From positions 126,046,001 through 126,110,000 of the forward strand of contig CM059426.1 in assembly GCA_030390025.1 (NCBI GenBank): a DNA stretch of 64,000 bases, in the 5' to 3' direction. The stretch comes from Squalus acanthias (taxonomy: Eukaryota). The translations under genes and the position numbers were made by a program. This document shows positions 1-11,309 of the stretch, piece by piece; the stretch's first letter is position 1, and each line of letters begins with the position of its first letter. The notes beneath the pieces are model-generated. The model was not told where the DNA came from, did not search any database, and saw nothing but the letters and a program-made list of their open reading frames with translations.

Positions 1-92
1 CTCAACTTCACTGTGTTGCTACAAGATGCTCATTTACTATTATGAAACAATGTCATTTCTGTTAATTTCACACTTATTCCTTAATACAAAAT

Positions 93-3000
93 GGGGGTGA
101 TATTCAGTAACAACAATAAAAGGTGCGGGCACCATAATGCAAGATATGCCTGGGCCCGTTCAGAAAGCGCAGGCAGCACGTCAATTTGGTGCTGCCTGCA
201 AATCAACATAATAGGAACACACAGCCAAGCGACAAACGCGCTGCTGACAGGCTGTCCACTCAGCAGGGGGCCCAAGTTTGCGTCGCTGGAGCAAGACTGG
301 CTTTACTTAAATCTAGCCTGCTCCTTTGCAAGCAGTCTTCAGCTCTTAAAGCTGAACTGCCTTCTGCACATAAAATAATTATAAATCCTTCAGAACTAGG
401 AAGTCTGCAGCTCTTAATGCTAAACTGCCTTCTGCACATAAAAAATGCTAAAAGTGCTTCAGCACTAACACAAATGGCTCAACATGCCAGGGAAAAGGCA
501 CCCGGGGTCTCGGACACAGCACTTCAGCTTTGTGCAGGGGGTCAACACTGGAAGAGAGGACCTCTACCCACAGGGGCTAGGGGGCCCTCCAGAAAGAAGG
601 ACTTGGGACCAGATCGCCAAGCAGTTACTGCCAGCAATGTCACCTCCAGGACCTGGCTCCAGTACCCAAAGAAGCTTCATTACCTCAAACGAGTGGTCAA
701 GGTCAGTTAATGCATTTTCAAAAGCCATCTCCTACCAACTGCACCACTAGCCTCACAAACTGCTCAATGCACGACCCCTACCCCCATCACTCACCTACCA
801 GCAATCTCTACCAAACACGAGGCACATTTCACATTCCTAGCTTCACCTCACCCCCTTGCAGGACATGGTGCAGGCCATTCTTGGCAGGGGCATGGCTGAG
901 CCCTTGGCCACCGGTGGTGCTGTAAGAATACAAGATGCCGGTATCCTCATACGTTATCCTCCTTCTCACATCCCACTTCCCCCTCATCCCACAATCTATT
1001 CTGATTTACAAGCTACACATGGCATAAGCATGCACCTCTTGAGTTGCCCCCTCCCCTCACCACAACCCTACCCTTGTCCCTTCTCATTTCAGACACCCAA
1101 GAAATCCAGTCTGTTCAGCCAGTGGTTGAACAATAAGAGGGAGTGGAGAGTGAAGAAGAAGAAGAAGAAACATCGTCACTCGATTTCACACTCCCAGCCA
1201 CCAGCTCCTCGGTCGTCCTGCAAGGACATTGGTCCCTTAGAGGCTGTGACAGGAAAAATTATAATGGGGAATAAAGAAATGGCAGAGACTTTAAACAAAT
1301 ATTTTCTTTCTGTCTTCACAGTAGAAGACACAAAAAGCATACCAAAAATAGTGAGGATCCGAGGGGCTAATGAGGGTGAGGATCTTAAAGTAATTAAGAT
1401 CAGTGGAGAAAAAGTACTTGAGAAACTAATGGGAGTAAAAGCTGACACATCCCCTGGACCTGATGGCCTACATTCCAGGGTTCTAAAAGAGGTGGCTGCA
1501 GAGATAGTGGATGCATTGGTTATGATCTTCCAAAATTCCCTAGAATCTAGAACAGTCCCAGTGGATTGGAAGGTAGCAAATATAACCCCGCTATTCAAGA
1601 AAGGAGGGAAAGAGAAAACAGGGAACTACAGGCCAGTTAGCCTGACATCAGAAGTTGGGAAAATGCTGGAATCCATTATCAAGGAAGTGGTAACAGGGCA
1701 GTTAGAAAATCATAATATGATTAGGCAGAGTCAATGTAGTTTTATGAAATGGAAATCGTGTTTAACAAATTTATTAGAGTTTTTTGAGGATGTAACTAAC
1801 AGGGTAGATAAAGGGGAACCAGTGGATGCAATATATTTGGATTTCCAAAAAGCATTCGATAAGGTGCCACATAAAAGGTTTTTATGCAAGATAAGGGCTC
1901 ATGGAGTTGGGGGTAATATATTAGCATGGATAGAGGATTGGCTAACGGACAGAAAACAGAGTAGGGATAAACGGGTCATTTTCATGTTGGCAGGCTGTAA
2001 CTAGTGGGGTGCCGTAAGGATCAGTGTTGTGAGGAGGACACAAAGAGCCTGCAAAGAGATAGAGACAGGTTATGTGAGTGGGCAATAAGGTGGCAGATGG
2101 AGTATAATGTGGGGAAATGTAAGGTTATTCCATTTGGTAGGAAGAATAGAAAAACAGAATATTTTTTAAATGGTGAGAAACTACTAAATGTTGCTAATCA
2201 GACAGATTTAGGTGACCTCGTACAGGAAACACAGAGAGATAGCATGCAGGTACAGCAAGCAATTAGGAAGGCATATGGCATGTTGGCTTTTATTGCAAGG
2301 GGGTTGGAGTACAAGAGAAAGGAAGTCTTGCTACAATTGTACAGGGCTTTGGTGAGACCACCCCTGGAGTACTGTGCACAGTTTTGGTCTCCTTATCTGA
2401 GGAAGGATGTACTTGCCTTAGAGGCAGTGCAACAAAGGTTCACTAGATTGATCCCTGGGATGAGTGAGTTGTCCTATGAGGAGAGATTGAGTAGATTGGG
2501 CCTACACTCTCTGGAGTTTAGAAGAATGAGAGGTAATCTCATTGAAACATATATGATTCTGAGGGGGCTTGATAGGGTAGATGCTGAGAGGTTGTTTCCC
2601 CTGGCTAGGGAGTCTAGAACTAGGGGGCATAGTCTCAGGATAAGGGGTCAGCCACTTAAGACTGAGATAAGGAGGAATTTCTTCACTCAGAGGGTTGTGA
2701 ATCTTTGGAATTCTCTACCTCAAAGGGCTGTGGATGCTCAGTTGTTGAGTATATTCAAGGCTGAGATAGATAGATTTTTGGACTCTCGGGGAATCAAGGG
2801 ATATGGGGATCGGGCGGGAAAGTGGAGCTGAGGTCAAAGATCAGCCATGATCTTATTGAATGGCGGAACAGGCTTGAGGGGCCGTATGACCTACTCCTGC
2901 TCCTAATTCTTATGTTCTTATCGGGGCATCTGCAGTGGCCCCCACTGAAAGTCAGCCGCCATCTACCAGCCATGCTACAGGCACTGGGGTAGCACTGCGT

Positions 3001-3941
3001 AACATCACTAGGATAGGCAAAGGCACACACAAGACAGTCACTAAGGGAATGCACAAGAGTGATTAGTTGACTTTTTGATGTAATATTGGATGCATATATT
3101 GATAAAGTTGGATTGGAAAGTTTGCTTTGTGGTGGCTTTTACTTCAGCATTGTGGCTAAAAGTCACTGTGATGTTCAGTAACAGAGGGAAGGTAATGTGT
3201 AGGACAAATGTTGAAAGGGGAATTGGAGTTGTGCTCACTGGTACTGCAGGCAGATGATTTGATCCCGAATATCTTGGCCAGAAAGGGGCTGTCTGGGTTG
3301 CCTCCTGCCTTGTGCTTTTTCCTCTTCTGGTTTTTCTTCTTCTGCTTCCTCTTCCCTCTGCGAGCTGCTTGTCCTTTTTGCTGCCTCTACTCCATCTCCA
3401 TATGATGTTGCAGACCAAGGGGGATTACAACTAGAGCCCTCAGGACTGGGAGCAAATGGTGTTCTCAGATGCATTCCTTTAACAACCAAAGCCTAGCAAC
3501 CATCCAGTAGCATTCCCTGCACTCTTTAACAACTTTTTTAATGTATTGCACCAAGCCAATACTCCAATAAAAGATAAAAAAATGAAGTCCAAAAGCAAAA
3601 ATCTAAACTTACCTGAAAGATGTGTGTGTCACTTTAAGAAGCGCTGACAGCATCTCTGTTGTACGCACGTTCTTCCGTGCGTGTTTGGAGAGGGCGGTAT
3701 CATGAGTGGCAACATTGAAAATCACAGATTGTGCGTCAATTCAGATGTTGCACGCCTATTGACGTCACGATTTGCAGCATTTAAATATGGGCGCTGAGCG
3801 CAGGCAACGGCAGCGCTGCCGATCTGCCCAAAATGGCGGAATCTGCGTTCCGTGCTGGTAGGAGGCGGAAGCGAGGCGGTCGCCATTTTTTCAGCAAAAC
3901 CAGGCTTAACGGCCAGCACTAAAGCTCCCAATTTCGCAGCC
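93..3941 (+). mobile_element. PIF/Harbinger element copy A (degenerate Myb/SANT gene, transposase almost wholly deleted), interrupted by a CR1
   Basis: AAT on both sides (90-92, 3942-3944) and degenerate TIRs. Myb exon remnant 474-701 (REKAPGVSDTAL...RTWLQYPKKLHYLKRVVK|gtcagt). Colinear with copies B and C. Confidence 0.75.
1226..2921 (+). mobile_element. CR1 LINE 3' portion (RT), internally deleted, nested in Harbinger A
   Basis: SPGPDGLH, NYRPVSLTS, YLDFQKAFDKVPH, LEYCAQFWSP; ends in a (ttcttatg)n tail. The FADD region is missing near 2030. Confidence 0.92.
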
Positions 3942-4976
3942 AATGTGTTTAAAAGATCTAATTTGCCTATCATAGAGAAAAACAATAGTACCTTTGTGAA
4001 CTGGAGCACTGGGGGTTAGATGTGACTGTTGAGGTAACTTTTGGATAAGTGATGGTCTGGTTGGTCTGTTGAAAATCCAAATATCACTTTGTTTTTCCTT
4101 TTTTAAATAATTAAAAATCTATTTATTATTAAGATTTCTCCTTGAGGCATTCATGTAAGTTATATTTTTCCTCCAATATAAGAGATGGAATTTGGGTATA
4201 CCCACAGTTTTACATTACAAAGCCAATGCAACTACGTGTTTCCACATGTCAGGGTCAAGTTCAGTCTCAAGTTGTCAGCTTTTTGGGAGCTGTTGGACAG
4301 CTTTTCTAAGTTGGCATGCATGCTGCTGTAACATCATAAAATGTTTGCATTACAATGTGATTTATTTTTGTCTGGAATGCTGACATTTAATGCTGTTCAT
4401 TAAGGACCATTGCTGGGTTTTTTTCAATTCAGCAGTTTGCTTTCTTTGCCAGCATTTATAGTGCCTCCAGTTTTCTATGTTTGGCAGGCATGGAAATTTA
4501 GATGTTCCAAATGTTCAAAAAGAAAGCTGGTGCTTTTTAAATTTGGCCGAAAAAGACCCATTACTACTGATCCTGTTTTTGTGCCTGGATTGCAATGTAT
4601 GTGTGTGGTAATTTTTTGGAAAACATATAATGAGGTAACAATTCCACTCCTATGTGCTGGTGGTGCAGGTGCATTCCAGGCGCAGAAGGGACAGAAATTC
4701 GGGGAAAGGGGCCTTGCAGTGCAAACGCACTGCCACCGCACTGTCTGGGGCATTCTACCTGGACAGCGCTGGGGAAGCAGGAGGCTCACACTGCTGCATG
4801 GCACAAGCCTGATTACAACTCTGAAAAATATGCGAATAAGGGAATTGCCATCCAGGCCCAGCGTTCCATCTCGTTTGCGTTGGTAGTACACGTCATGGGG
4901 CAACCACCTTCAAAGCAGGTGTGCAGAAGTCTGCAGCAGCATACAGACAGTAGAAAGCACTTCTTCCTTTTTTTAA

Positions 4977-5209
4977 TGAGAAGTCGCACAACACCAGGTT
5001 ATAGTCCAACAGATTTATTTAATTTTACAAGCTTTCGGAGCAGTTCGCTCCTTCGTCAGGTAAGTTTAGCACTGCTAAACTTACCTGACGAAGGAGCGAA
5101 CTGCTCCGAAAGCTTGTAAAATTAAATAAATCTGTTGGACTATAATCTGGTGTTGTGCGACTTCTCATTTTTGTCCACCCCAGTCCAACGCCGGCATCTC
5201 CACATCATG
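4977..5209 (+). mobile_element. Fold-back Penelope-type pLTR insertion, family 1, copy 1
   Basis: Near-perfect 195-bp palindrome 4975-5169 plus a ~40-nt unpaired tail; 12-bp TSD TCCTTTTTTTAA at 4965-4976 and 5210-5221. Confidence 0.8.
5081..5119 (+). ncRNA. Minimal type I hammerhead ribozyme motif (mirror copy on the minus strand at 5025-5063)
   Basis: ttac-CTGACGA-a-GGAGC(gaact)GCTCC-GAAA-gctt-gtaa: stem I UUAC/GUAA, 5-bp stem II, palindromic AGCU stem III. Confidence 0.75.
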
Positions 5210-5697
5210 TCCTTTTTTTAAAGTTGTCTATGCAGTAAATTGGTAAGAGATTTTTTTTTGGGGGGGGGGGGGGCGCGAGGAGGTGGAGTGGTGGCCTTTT
5301 TTGCTTCCTTTTGTTGCATTTGTTAAAGTGAATTGTTTTGTTTTTTTGCATTGCACTTTAGTTTAGACTTTGTTTTACTTTTGCTGCCTTCACCACCTAC
5401 CAGTCGGTGGAGCTTCACTGTGATATTGAACAGCCCTTGCTGGTAGCATAGGAACTCCTTTAGAAATTCCTTTTGTCTTCAAGAAGCTAGACGACAGTGA
5501 GGATTCCTCAATGGATGCTCTGCCTGTACATGAGCTAGGTTGGTAAGACCCATCATTACCCCTGTAGCTGGATCCATGGAGCGCCTTAGGCATATCATTG
5601 GAGACGTGTCTTTGGCACCTGTATTTGCCCAGGGATGCCTTTTTGCAGACTGGGATTGTGTTCTCGAGGTGACATCTAGTTCTACCAGCAGAAAAGT

Positions 5698-6400
5698 CAT
5701 CATAGAATCATAGAAGGTTACAGCACGGAAGGAGGCCATTTCGGCCCATCGTGTCCGCGCCGGCCAACAAAGAGCTATCCAGCCTAATCCCACTTCCCAG
5801 CTCTTGGTCCGTAGCCCTGCAGGTTAGAGCAGCCCAAGTGCACATCCAAGTACTTTTTAAATGTGGTTAGGGTTCCTGCCTCTACCACCCTTTCAGGCAG
5901 TGAGTTCCAGACCCCCAGAACCCTCTGGGTGAAGACATTTCCCCTCAAATCCCCTCTAAACCTTCCACCAATTACTTTAAATCTGTGCCCCCTGGTTTTT
6001 GACCCCTCTGCTAAGGGAAATAGGTCCCTTCTATCCACTTTATCTATGCCCCTCATAATTTTATACACCTCAATAAGGTCTCCCCTCAGCCTCCTCTGTT
6101 CCAAGGAAAACAGACCCAGCCTATCCAGTCTTTCCTCATAGCTAAGATTCTCTACTCCCAGCAACATCCTTGTAAATCTCCTCTGTACCCTCTCTAGTGC
6201 AATCACATCTTTCCTGTAATGTGGTGACCAGAACTGCACGCAGTACTCTAGCTGAGGCCTAACTAGTGTTTTATACAGTTGAAGCATAACCCCCCTGCTC
6301 TTGTATTCTATGCCACGGCTAATAAAGGCAAACATTCCGTATGCCTTCTTAACCACCTTATCTACTTGGCCTGCTACCTTCAGGGATCTGTGGACATCTG
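5698..6400 (-). mobile_element. CR1 LINE 3' fragment
   Basis: ORF 5784-6356 (LVRPQLEYCVQFWSP...RRLRGDLIEVYKIM); ttctatga-type tail. Confidence 0.92.
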
Positions 6401-7449
6401 AAAGTTAAAGGAGCACATGCACAGTGACACACATGTGTACAACCTGCACATCAATCTGGGTGTCAGTAAGTGACTGTGCATCGTGTAGCTAAATTGTTGT
6501 AAAATTATAACTTTTATAACCTTAAAAGATATGAATGTGGCATGGTTTTCAATTCTACATTGCATCTTGAAGGTATCCTCTCCTGATGCATGAAATGCAA
6601 AAATGAGCTGTATGTAGTGAGAGGTTAGCACGAGTGAGGAGTACATGTGGAACAGGTAAAACTTTGCAGCAAGCAATCTTTGAGCTGCCCATAGGATACA
6701 TAGCATGGTTGGGTATCCTATCCTTGTCAGATTACTTTAAGTCTGTCATCCTCTTCTGCATCTGTTCCTAGGTAGTGTGCACAGCATTCAGCCTATTTAT
6801 CATCTGCTGCCATGAATGATGGTGTCCTCTGGGGAGGGTGCCCTGAAGTGCCAAATTGGGCAGCACTCCTGGCACCCACTTCCTTCAGCTGCATATCCAT
6901 TTAGCCATGCCTCAAACATCAGATTGGGTACTGTCACTTGCCCATAGAATCTGTTTTGTGTCTCCACATTGGGTTTTCTGTCAATTCATTTATCCTTGAC
7001 AATACTCCTCCCCCAAGCCTTGGCCAAGGCTGACAAATATTTGAAATTAATTTTGAAGCTTGATAAAGGCTGAAATTATTTGTCCACATTTTCAGGCACT
7101 TACCTTTAAGTGCATACCTTTAGTTTGTACCTGCTGGCCAGAATTTCTGCCTGTCCATTGGGCTTGCTCCCTGTACAAGGACAAAGTTGCATTGGCAGCT
7201 ATGCATAATTATTCAAATTAGCAGAAATTTCAGGACAGTCAGTGCACTGGACCACTGGTTCAGTTTGCACCATCAATGCAGCAGAAAAAAACTCAATTGC
7301 ACTGATACTAGAATTGCAGCCCCCATGTTGACTATGTGTCTTAAAATACTCCTGTACAGCGCCTTGGGACGTTTTACTACGTTAAAGGCGCTATATAAAT
7401 ACAAGTTGTTGTTGTTGTATAGGTTCGGTATACCCTCCAAAGTTCATAT

Positions 7450-8040
7450 AGACACTGGACCCCATCCAACTCCCCACCCTTTCACAGAGACATCTTCCCT
7501 TCCTACCCTCCCAGTTCATATTGGCACTTTTCCTTCCCCCTCATCAATTCAACCTGTCACTCTTCTCCCCCTCCCACCCAGTTAAACTAGTATTCTTTTA
7601 CCACTCTCCCTTGTTAAGTTTGTACTGTTCCTTCCCCCTCCCCTCAGAGTTCATGCTGACAGTCTTTGCCCCACCACCACGGCACTCTCACTCCTTTCCA
7701 CTCCCTCTCAGTTAACGTTGACACTTCTTCCTTTGTCGACCCCAAAGAGCCATTCCCAGCTTCTCCACTCTTACTCCCAAAGCACTTCCCTCGCTTCCAA
7801 CCCTTTCCCTCTCCCCTTTAATGCCATCCACTCCACTCTGCCGCATTGTTCATTGCTATCCACATCCCCTCTCCTCGCCATCCCTTTCCCCCTTGCCATG
7901 TATTTTGCCCTTTTGCCTTGTCATACATTCTGCCCCATCCCTTGCCCACCCTCCCACCCCTTGCCATGCATTCTGCTCCTCTCTTCCCTCACCATGCATT
8001 CTCTCTCCTACCGGTAGCATCCATTTCCCCCGCTAGCTCC
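7450..8040. repeat. Pyrimidine-rich (C/T) low-complexity tract
   Basis: About 600 bp strongly skewed to C/T on the plus strand. Confidence 0.6.
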
Positions 8041-9454
8041 TACTAGAGTCCAGTAGCTAATACAGCAGACATGTCCTGCTCTTCCTCTTTGTGCACTCAA
8101 AACATTAATGGCCCGGATTGCCATCCTTGTATATTGTAGGCAGGGAGCAGAAGGGGCCCATTTGTGCTGATTTGTGTCAAACTAACCATGATAAACTGCT
8201 GATGGTTGGCAAGTATGCACCAGTTATTCTGAGACACTTATAGCAGGTCTTCAAGACAGTTCTAGACTATATGGGGCTTGATCACTGAAAATAGTTGTTA
8301 GTTACCAATTTACTTGGGAAGAATTATAAACAGGCATATTTTATCAAATTGGTCTGGTCTCAGCTGTGTTTCTGGTACTGCTTGCATGATCTCACTGTCC
8401 TTTGAACCCTGTTTTAATATTGCATGGAAATATGTCAACATTACATGAATTTTGTACCATTAGTAACAAATGGTTTGTATTCATAAACATTGAAAGCAAA
8501 AAGGTGATGTAATCTTCTTAGGGATCAAAAGTAATTCATCTGCATTGTCTATTTTCTATTGGGGATAAAATAAATTATAAAATGTTGTGAACCTTCAGCG
8601 CAATTACTCATATAAGTGTTAATGACATCACAGTAAAACAAACAGCTTCTTGGAGACCAATTTATGGAAACAGCTAACTCATGGTATTTGTTACATTACA
8701 CAGACAGCAGACATTTATTGAGATTGGGGACATAAAAAGGCTGAAGTATGAAACCAGCAGAGATACCATATGACAGATGGAACAGGGATATCAACTTGAG
8801 TGGATGTAGTTCTTGTAATATCTAGCAATAAGGAGTAGCTAATTTAGTTACAAGCAACTCAGAAAGGTTCAATTTAGATTTGCTGAAACTGCATAGAAGA
8901 GATGAAACAGAAAAAAATCTGGAGGCTGAAAATCTGCAGCTCTTTCATGGCATTCCTGCTGTCAGTCTGGCATGAGTGCACGGGAATGGCTGGAAATTAG
9001 GCCTGGGACCCAGAAATGCTGGCTCTTGGCTTTCTGTGGAAACAATATTTCAGTGAGCGACTGGTCAATCTATGGAACAGACTCCCGAGGGAGACGGTGA
9101 AAGCAGTTCGTATTGATTCAGTCAAATGCAAATTAGATAGGATCTCTTTCAGAAAAGAACATTTTGGGCTGCATGAGTAATTTGAGACATCGCATGTGTA
9201 GTATGCTTGGGAGGAAAAAGGTGACTTTCGACCAATGGGGTAGATTGTAACTTTGTGTGATAGTGTAAAACAGGTGATAGCGAGTCAGCAGCCCATTTTA
9301 CATCTCTCCTGATGTTAATTTCCATTGAAATCAATGGAAATAAAAAGGCGAACTAGATGGACCTTGGTCTAGCAATTCCTATGTTCCTAGAGTAGACTCT
9401 GCTCGGAACGTAAGAATTGATAGACGAATGGAGCCTCTGCCTAATCCAAACATG

Positions 9455-9607
9455 ATGCGGAGATGCCGGTGTTGGACTGGGGTGGACAAAAGTGAGAAGT
9501 CGCACAACACCAGGTTATAGTCCAACAGTTTTATTTGAAATCACTGTTTCAAGTGATTTCAAATAAAACTGTTGGACTATAACCTGGTGTTGTGCGACTT
9601 CTCACTT
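9455..9607 (-). mobile_element. Fold-back Penelope-type pLTR insertion, family 1, copy 2 (truncated before the ribozyme)
   Basis: Palindrome 9489-9608 with the same tail as copy 1 in reverse; TAATCCAAACATG duplicated at 9442-9454 and 9608-9620. Confidence 0.8.
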
Positions 9608-10689
9608 TAATCCAAACATGGTTCCTCATGTTAGCAGGGGGGGGGGGAAGAGGAAGAAGGGTAGTGAAGGAGGGAGATCCCAGACCTGGAGTTTCCTCAT
9701 CCATGACCTGGTGGAACAGTGACAACTGGTATGCCGAGGGCAGACGTAATGGCCTGCCATAAAGCGGAAATGGGGCCCACCTGTGGAAAGGCCTGGGTTG
9801 TGGCCTGAAACCCCCAAAAATGAAAACATTTGGTCAATATTTTTGGCCCCTATATAAAAGGGGCTGATGGGCAGACTTCAAGCCTCTTTCTAGAGGAGGT
9901 TACTGCAGCAGATAATCACTGACACATTTTGCGGTTTTCCCCCTTTTGGAGGTGCCTGAGATGCACCCCTAGTGGCGCAAGGGCCCGCACTGATTATGTA
10001 AATAGGGTTACCCCCCCCTTGACCCTGCATATATTAGTAGCCGCCAACACCAGGGGTCACTGGCAGGTGCATACTGGCACATATACCGGGACGGATGTTC
10101 TGTGGATTTTTGGGGCCCCTATTGTCTTGATAAGCTACATTTATTTTCTAATGCACCAATTATTGTCCAGTCCACTTTAGGGCTGATCCATCTATACTTT
10201 AATTTAATTTTCCTTGTTTTCCACAGCCTCAAAAAATATACATTGCATAGCTAGTAAAAATACTCTATATTACAGGTAGCGTACATGGCAAGGTGTGGAA
10301 ATTTTGTGCATTTGCAGTATGTACAATATGTGTATACCCTCCCTCCCCACTGCCGGCCCCCATCACCACCGCCCCCACCTGAACTTGAGCTGCTCTTGTG
10401 TGTAAAGCAGTTGTTGGGCACATTAATATACAGGCCTTGTGTTAGCACTTTTTGTTAATGGAATTAACAAAAATTAATTGTTAAGCATTAATTAATGGAA
10501 TCTGTGCAGAATTACACAGGCTTCACTTCACACGCACATCACATGATTGATGCCCAACAAAAGATGATATTTGAGCAGCAGAGAAAGGAAATCTGAAATG
10601 TAGCAGAGAAGGAAACATTGTACAGCTATTGGTTAGTGCTAAAGAGCATGCAGCAGCATTGGTGCAGCAACAAATACTACTTTGGTCAA

Positions 10690-11308
10690 CATGTTGGAAG
10701 AGGAGGATCAGATAGGAGGGCCAGAGAGGTTGTATTCCATAGGAAGACCAACAGAAATCTCCTCTACCCCAAGCAGTGTATCTAGCACAGGCAAGTGAAC
10801 AACCTCAACCTCACTGGAAAGCACTATGTGAGTAGGGTACGCTTCACCGGGGATACCATTCAGGGATTGTGTTATTTCTCTACAGATGTTTCAACATGCT
10901 CGTGACACCATTACATTCAGCACTGGGATACAGCAGCAGCTGGAGAGGCAGGCACAATTCTATTAAAAGTATGGCATTCCCAAGGGTACAGGGCATCATC
11001 AATTATACCCATGTGGTTTCAAGCATCAGTGAGAAATCCCATGGAGTTCATTTATAGAAATGGATTACTCCCTGAATTCTGGAATGATGTGCTCACAGGC
11101 AATGGATTATACATGTTTTCCAAGCAGCGCCTAAAACACACAAATCCTAAGAGAATCATAGCTTCCCCAACTCTTCCAGGGTGACAGTTGTTTGAATGGT
11201 CGGCTCCTCAGAGATATGTGCTACCCACTCGAAACAAGACTTGCGACACAATTACACAACTCCAATATGCCACATCAAGCAGCATGCAATGAGGCACATT
11301 TGAGAAAT
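10690..11308 (+). pseudogene. Degenerate HARBI1-like Harbinger transposase fragment
   Basis: FPRVQGIINYTHV (cf. FPxVxGAIDCTHV) and GRLLRDMCYPLETRLATQL...CNEAH (cf. GWLLGDxGYPLxxWLMTP...YNxAH); frameshifted, and cut at 11310 by copy B. Confidence 0.7.
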
Positions 11309-11309
11309 A

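Noticed and set aside
856-2004. 382-aa ORF as a host gene
   Set aside because: Chance read-through from a Harbinger remnant into a CR1 RT fragment.
4400-7140. Possible decayed DNA-transposase (piggyBac or KDZ-like) fragments around the insertions
   Set aside because: Only scattered short motif resemblances on conflicting strands; not supportable without an HMM search.
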